Source of the DNA: Candidatus Altiarchaeota archaeon
GTDB lineage: Archaea; Altiarchaeota; Altiarchaeia; IMC4; SCGC-AAA252-I15
DNA length: 64,000 nt
Direction of reading: 5' to 3'
Assembly (NCBI GenBank): GCA_043813075.1
Contig: JBDRLL010000003.1
Coordinates: 1-64,000, forward strand
This document shows positions 59,475 through 64,000 of this stretch, in pieces. The notes below the pieces were generated by a model. The model was not told the DNA's origin, did no database searches, and was given only the letters and a program-made list of their open reading frames with translations. Each line of letters starts with the position of its first letter. Position 1 is the first letter of the stretch. A program made the translations under genes and the position numbers.

Positions 59475-60737
59475 CTATTTCCCGAACTTTTTTAGCGCCT
59501 TCCTCAGCTCCTCGTGGTCTCTCGCGTAATCCTCTAGGGACACTCCCTCAAGCACCGCGTCAACCGCCTGCCGCATGCTCTTCGCCCCAGCAACCGTCCC
59601 ATCCGGGTGGCCGTGAACGCCGCCGCCGGCCTGTATGATGACGTCCTTGCCCATGAAGTCCATCAAAGGCGGGACTATCCCCGCATGCATGCCGCCGCTG
59701 GAGACAGGGAACACCGGCTTCATGCCATACCACTTCTGGGGCAGCACAAACTCGTCCATCCTAACGTCATCCTCCACTATGGCGTCGCGTATGGCCATAA
59801 CCTCCCTCATGGGGCCCTCCATCTTGCCGACTGCAGTGCCGATGTGAAGCTGGTCGACCCCAATCATCCGGTATATCTTAGCCAACGCGAGCATCGTTAT
59901 CCCATGACTCTTGTTCCTGGTCAACGCGGCATGCATTGCCCTGTGGGCGTGCAAGACCAGGCCTATCTCATGCATCCTAACGGTCTGGACCGCGCTGAAA
60001 CCAAGAGTCACCACGTCTATCATCGCGTAACGGCCGCCATGGTCCTTTATGAACTCCATGCGGCGTATCATCTCACTGGTCTCCGCGGTGATGTTCGCCA
60101 TATACACCTTCTGCTCGCCGGTCTCAGAGTAAGCCTTGTCACGCGCCTCAAGAGTCTTGATCACCCGGTCTTCGAAACGGTTGAATGGCTGGTCTGTCAG
60201 GTTCTCATCGTCCTTGACTATGTCGCAGCCGCCAAGCCAGCTCCCATAGGCGACGTCAGCGTGCTGCTGTGAATCCAACCCCACCTTCGGCTTCACTATA
60301 GTCCCCACAAGAGGACGCTCACTGACCTCCAACACTTCCCTTACGCCGGAAACCCCAAAGTGAGGGCCCTTATGCGCCTTCAGCACCGCCCTCGGAAAGC
60401 CTATGTCCAGCAGCCGGAGGTTTTCAATGGCCTTCATGCCGTAGATGTTTCCGGCGATGCTGCTCATAATCTGCGGTACGTTAGAGGGCTCGAACAACTC
60501 GAGTGGATACGCTATCTTGGCCAGCCCCTTCTTCTCATCCATCCAGTACACGTGGGGCTGCAGGTTCTCACGCACCTCATCCTTCATCGTCGACACGTCA
60601 GTCCAAGTGCCGATGCTTGACTCGCCGGTAACATGCTCGCACGCCTTCGGGAAAGAGATGCCCTTAGAGGGCTCGATGTAGAACAATGTCAGCATATCAT
60701 TGTCGTCCGGCGCATACTTCAGGTCGATGTAGGACAT
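59475..60737 (-). CDS. rbcL: Form III ribulose-1,5-bisphosphate carboxylase
   Basis: ESSIGTW, GTIVKPKVG, DIVKDDE, HAHRAMH, VGKMEG, SSGG, QAGGGVHGHP; no small subunit gene. Confidence 0.93.
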   Translation of the reverse strand: MSYIDLKYAPDDNDMLTLFYIEPSKGISFPKACEHVTGESSIGTWTDVSTMKDEVRENLQPHVYWMDEKKGLAKIAYPLELFEPSNVPQIMSSIAGNIYGMKAIENLRLLDIGFPRAVLKAHKGPHFGVSGVREVLEVSERPLVGTIVKPKVGLDSQQHADVAYGSWLGGCDIVKDDENLTDQPFNRFEDRVIKTLEARDKAYSETGEQKVYMANITAETSEMIRRMEFIKDHGGRYAMIDVVTLGFSAVQTVRMHEIGLVLHAHRAMHAALTRNKSHGITMLALAKIYRMIGVDQLHIGTAVGKMEGPMREVMAIRDAIVEDDVRMDEFVLPQKWYGMKPVFPVSSGGMHAGIVPPLMDFMGKDVIIQAGGGVHGHPDGTVAGAKSMRQAVDAVLEGVSLEDYARDHEELRKALKKFGK

Positions 60738-60792
60738 AAGAAGATAATCGTATGACGGCTATAAAAAAGGCAGCGCTCCCTAAAGTAATCAC

Positions 60793-61935
60793 ATGAGAGT
60801 GTCTTGTAGTGCCAGTCAAAAGCCAGACGAGATATTCAAGCATCTTACTGACGTGCAGCCTGCAAGCGAGGGTATGAAGGCTGAAAAGCGCGAATACACC
60901 ACAATATACAGTTTTCCGAGCAGGAAGGATTACGGCAGAATAACAGTGTATAACCCTGTGTTCCATTCAGGGAACACTGAAATCCCATTCAATCTCTCCC
61001 GACTGGCAAGTCCTGAAGGCCGCGATTTCGTAGCCGCCCTAACAAGAGCACGGCTTGACACGCCATACGGGGGGCCGCAGGATGAACGTGACCTACCGTA
61101 CTACAGGATATGGGAGAAACACCGGACTGACGAGTCGAGTTTTATATGTTCTGTTACCGGTTCTTTCAGAAGGCATGTTCTGGGAATGCCCTGTGTTATT
61201 AGGGGCGAGGAGTCCATGCTAGAAGCCAAGATCCCTGGGGAGGATGTTGAACACCGCCAGGTCAGTTTGAGAGACTTTGACTACACCATGAGAATGGTCA
61301 ACAGATACGGTTTTAATGCCGGATTCATGGAACCCGTCATGAGCGTCTATTATCCTGATGCAGAATCCGAGTTGTATGGCGAACGTAGGAGGGAGCCGAT
61401 GCTTGCGGTTTTTTTCCGCCATCATCCGAACAGGAGGCTGTACGATCACACCCACAACGAACCGGTTAGCAGAGGATATCTGCAGCACGTTGCAAAAAAC
61501 TGCGGCATGTCAGTTGAAAACCTGGTTGAGGATGTCGCATGCAGCGTATTCGACATACTCGGGAAGATTCACGCAGAGGGTATACTAATCCAGGGGGAAG
61601 CCTTCCTCTGGAATTACATCCTAACTGAGAAGGGGAAGACAATGTATGTGCCAGACTTCGACCAGTCAAGGGAGATTGAATACCCTGAGGAATACCAGCG
61701 ACTTGGGGGGACAGAAGTCGCAGACATGACGCTACACACGATGAGACACATTATAGAGCCCAACATACTAGACCCTGCAAAGCGTACCGCGATAATAACC
61801 AAGTGCCTTAAGAATTATGCAGACACTATGAGGAGGTATAATGCAGGATTATGCGAAACAGGGCCTATACCACCTCCTCCTGAAGGCGAGCGTGAATTCG
61901 ACGTGAAATCCATTGTTGGAGAGGGCATACGATAA
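60793..61935 (+). CDS. Protein-kinase-like fold protein with an altered catalytic loop
   Basis: LGKIHAEGILIQGEAFLWNYIL...YVPDFD resembles Bud32/RIO/Kdo kinase H..G..HGD....N...DF. Confidence 0.5.
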   Translation: MRVSCSASQKPDEIFKHLTDVQPASEGMKAEKREYTTIYSFPSRKDYGRITVYNPVFHSGNTEIPFNLSRLASPEGRDFVAALTRARLDTPYGGPQDERDLPYYRIWEKHRTDESSFICSVTGSFRRHVLGMPCVIRGEESMLEAKIPGEDVEHRQVSLRDFDYTMRMVNRYGFNAGFMEPVMSVYYPDAESELYGERRREPMLAVFFRHHPNRRLYDHTHNEPVSRGYLQHVAKNCGMSVENLVEDVACSVFDILGKIHAEGILIQGEAFLWNYILTEKGKTMYVPDFDQSREIEYPEEYQRLGGTEVADMTLHTMRHIIEPNILDPAKRTAIITKCLKNYADTMRRYNAGLCETGPIPPPPEGEREFDVKSIVGEGIR

Positions 61936-61950
61936 AGCAAAACAATTGCT

Positions 61951-62961
61951 ATGAGAATGCACAGGGTCCAACACAGGCAGGGGGCAGGAGATGAGAGAAA
62001 AAGGATTAGGCTTCCTGAAGAGGAGATAGAGTTGAGGGGGCCTGAAGAGCCAGTTAGGAAGAGGCGTCAGAGGAAGCATAAGCCTGTCGTAGACTTGTAC
62101 TCGTATCACGCCACTAACGTGCCTAAGTTCAATGCCCTTGCTGAAAGCAATCCCGGCGTCAAACACATTTACGTGGGTTATGAATTGGATGGTGGATTCT
62201 CATATGAATACGCTGCTGACGGCAGTTGGGAGGGGAGAACGTGGGATCCTGGCGAACTATCGAAACGTAGTGCCGACGACGTGTTCAGGGAATACGCCAG
62301 GGGTAGGAGGAGGGAATTCTCGTCAAAGGATGTCCTAGTGTGGCTGAAGTCCCAGGACGACAACTCTGTTAATCGATTCAACATAGATGGGTGTATTCCG
62401 CCAAAGGAAGTTTTGAAAGAGTGCATGAGGGTTCTGGAACCGGGAGGGGCGATAGAGATGACGGTACCGTATCATGACAAGGAAGTGTCTGACAGAGTCC
62501 TGACTGAAATGCAGTTAAAGACTAGTACTGTGCCGCTATCACCGCTGGATTTGACGGCAGACTCTGTGAGAAATGACCTTTTCGAGGATAAATGGCGCCA
62601 CCCGGTGAAATACATCATAGAAAAGCCGGGTGGCGGCATAGAAGTGGACCGCAGACCGTTCTGGGAACGCCTAAACATGGAGCATATGAGGACGCTTGAG
62701 GGGAGGGTATATTCACAGCTTATCATGGACATTCATGAATCATTGAGGAGGGACCATGGCATGGATTACGGAGACCAGCTATTCGATGCGTTCAGGCACC
62801 CGACTACATGGGACATATTTAGAGACGTCTCAAGACTAGAAGAAGAGGATGCTTCAAGACTCAGGGGAGTGTTGACAGGATTAGATGATGAGGGGAGAGT
62901 CCTGGAATGCCAGAAACCATTGTTCACTGAATTAATAAGAGCAGCCAAAAGACCGGTATGA
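61951..62961 (+). CDS. Hypothetical protein with a class I methyltransferase-like segment
   Basis: YVGYELD, DDNSVNRF, LKECMRVLEPGGAIEMTVP; motif I degenerate. Confidence 0.5.
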   Translation: MRMHRVQHRQGAGDERKRIRLPEEEIELRGPEEPVRKRRQRKHKPVVDLYSYHATNVPKFNALAESNPGVKHIYVGYELDGGFSYEYAADGSWEGRTWDPGELSKRSADDVFREYARGRRREFSSKDVLVWLKSQDDNSVNRFNIDGCIPPKEVLKECMRVLEPGGAIEMTVPYHDKEVSDRVLTEMQLKTSTVPLSPLDLTADSVRNDLFEDKWRHPVKYIIEKPGGGIEVDRRPFWERLNMEHMRTLEGRVYSQLIMDIHESLRRDHGMDYGDQLFDAFRHPTTWDIFRDVSRLEEEDASRLRGVLTGLDDEGRVLECQKPLFTELIRAAKRPV

Positions 62962-63015
62962 AGATGGTGATCGACCTAGACTCAGTTATATTCTGGCACC
63001 TAAATTATTATCAAG

Positions 63016-63972
63016 GTGGATGACATGACAGAGCCCCTTGAAGTCCGCAGCCTTGTCTGCCGTAAGAACGTCGAGGTTGCACTGGTATGCCTGGATTCGC
63101 TCATCAGATTCTCCGCAGAACCCTTAAAGCTCATAATCCACGACGACGGCTCCCTGACGGAGAATGACGTTGAAAGACTCTCTGAAGGACTCGGCAACCC
63201 GGAGATAATAAGTCGGCCATGCGCTGACGAGAGGATGGAGCCGCTACTCGAAGGCTATCCGATGATGAAGGAGGTCAGGGGCATGAACCCGCTGACCCTC
63301 AAGCTGATGGACTGCCCCATGATGTCGGACGGAGACTACGCCTTCTGCGACCCCGACGTCCTGTTCACACGGCCGTTCACGGGACTGTTCAAGTGGCCTG
63401 ACGACAAGGTTAATGCATTGTTCATGAAGGACCATTTAGACTCCTACGTGTTCAGACTGAAGGACATGGTGGGTGATGGCAGGATAAGAACTCCTTCAAA
63501 GGTTAACACCGGCATAATATTCCTAAGGAAAGGGGCCTTCAACCCGGGCATTGTTGAGGAGGTTATGGGACGGCTGGACTACAGGCGCGGGAATTTCCTC
63601 TACGAGCAGACGTGCTGGGCAGTCATCGCAGGCAGGGTTGGGTGCATGCAATACGATTCAGAACAGGTGAAGACGACTGACAACAGGTTCATGAACCACC
63701 TGGAAAGGTACTCTGACGCAGCCGCAATACACTTGACTGGAGGGGGCAAACAGCGTTTGAACGAGCTGATGGGAAGGATGGTTTTAATGGGTGATGGAGA
63801 GCCTGAGGAGATTAAGACTATCAGGCCGTGCAGCATGGACGCCCATTCCATAATCCACATACTATGGCACTTCAACGTTTTCCAGAGATACGAGAGGGTT
63901 TACAAGAGATGCTATGAGGGGACGATACCCTGCAGGACCTTGAGGAGGATTAGGGAGGGTCTTGGCGTATAG
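63016..63972 (+). CDS. Putative GT-A fold glycosyltransferase; paralog of 53503..54453
   Basis: IHDDGSL, KLMD, DPDVLF, VNTG, EQTCWA. Confidence 0.65.
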   Translation: MDDMTEPLEVRSLVCRKNVEVALVCLDSLIRFSAEPLKLIIHDDGSLTENDVERLSEGLGNPEIISRPCADERMEPLLEGYPMMKEVRGMNPLTLKLMDCPMMSDGDYAFCDPDVLFTRPFTGLFKWPDDKVNALFMKDHLDSYVFRLKDMVGDGRIRTPSKVNTGIIFLRKGAFNPGIVEEVMGRLDYRRGNFLYEQTCWAVIAGRVGCMQYDSEQVKTTDNRFMNHLERYSDAAAIHLTGGGKQRLNELMGRMVLMGDGEPEEIKTIRPCSMDAHSIIHILWHFNVFQRYERVYKRCYEGTIPCRTLRRIREGLGV

Positions 63973-64000
63973 GCTATATCCTGCCCTTTGTCGAGGGTAT

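Noticed and set aside
53833-63404. Diversity-generating retroelement TR/VR pair
   Set aside because: Only one mismatch, both copies lie mid-gene in paralogs, and there is no reverse transcriptase in the window

Overview
Gene-dense archaeal chromosomal window with no rRNA, integrase, transposase or CRISPR array. The gene content (stand-alone Kae1, single-unit EndA, LonB, form III RuBisCO, MCM, PriL, GINS, eL40, eS17) fits a DPANN/Altiarchaeota-like or euryarchaeal-type genome, but the taxonomy is an inference. About 3.4-26.8 kb is a surface-glycosylation island: GmhA/GmhB/HddA heptose enzymes, an ArnC/E/F/T-like module, GT2/GT4 enzymes, a flippase, epimerases, a B12-radical SAM enzyme, AglH and a GT-C/sulfatase fusion. 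The rest is mostly core genes (thiI, sppA, acs, mcm, PINA, HMG-CoA synthase/thiolase/DUF35, mat, radA, lonB, kae1, endA, priL, rbcL) plus orphans. Two tRNAs, Gly(GCC) and an intron-containing initiator Met, and rpl40e are not in the ORF track. The most unusual signals are non-coding. (1) tRNA-Gly sits in a ~550-bp array with its 5' end repeated three times, its 3' end repeated once, and about ten short palindromes in between. (2) One stem-GA/GAA-stem hairpin lies ~30 bp downstream of both tRNAs, with a variant inside the iMet intron. (3) A 20-bp-period AT-rich repeat follows the stop codon at three distant loci. All calls were made by eye and from recalled family motifs; no database searches were run.
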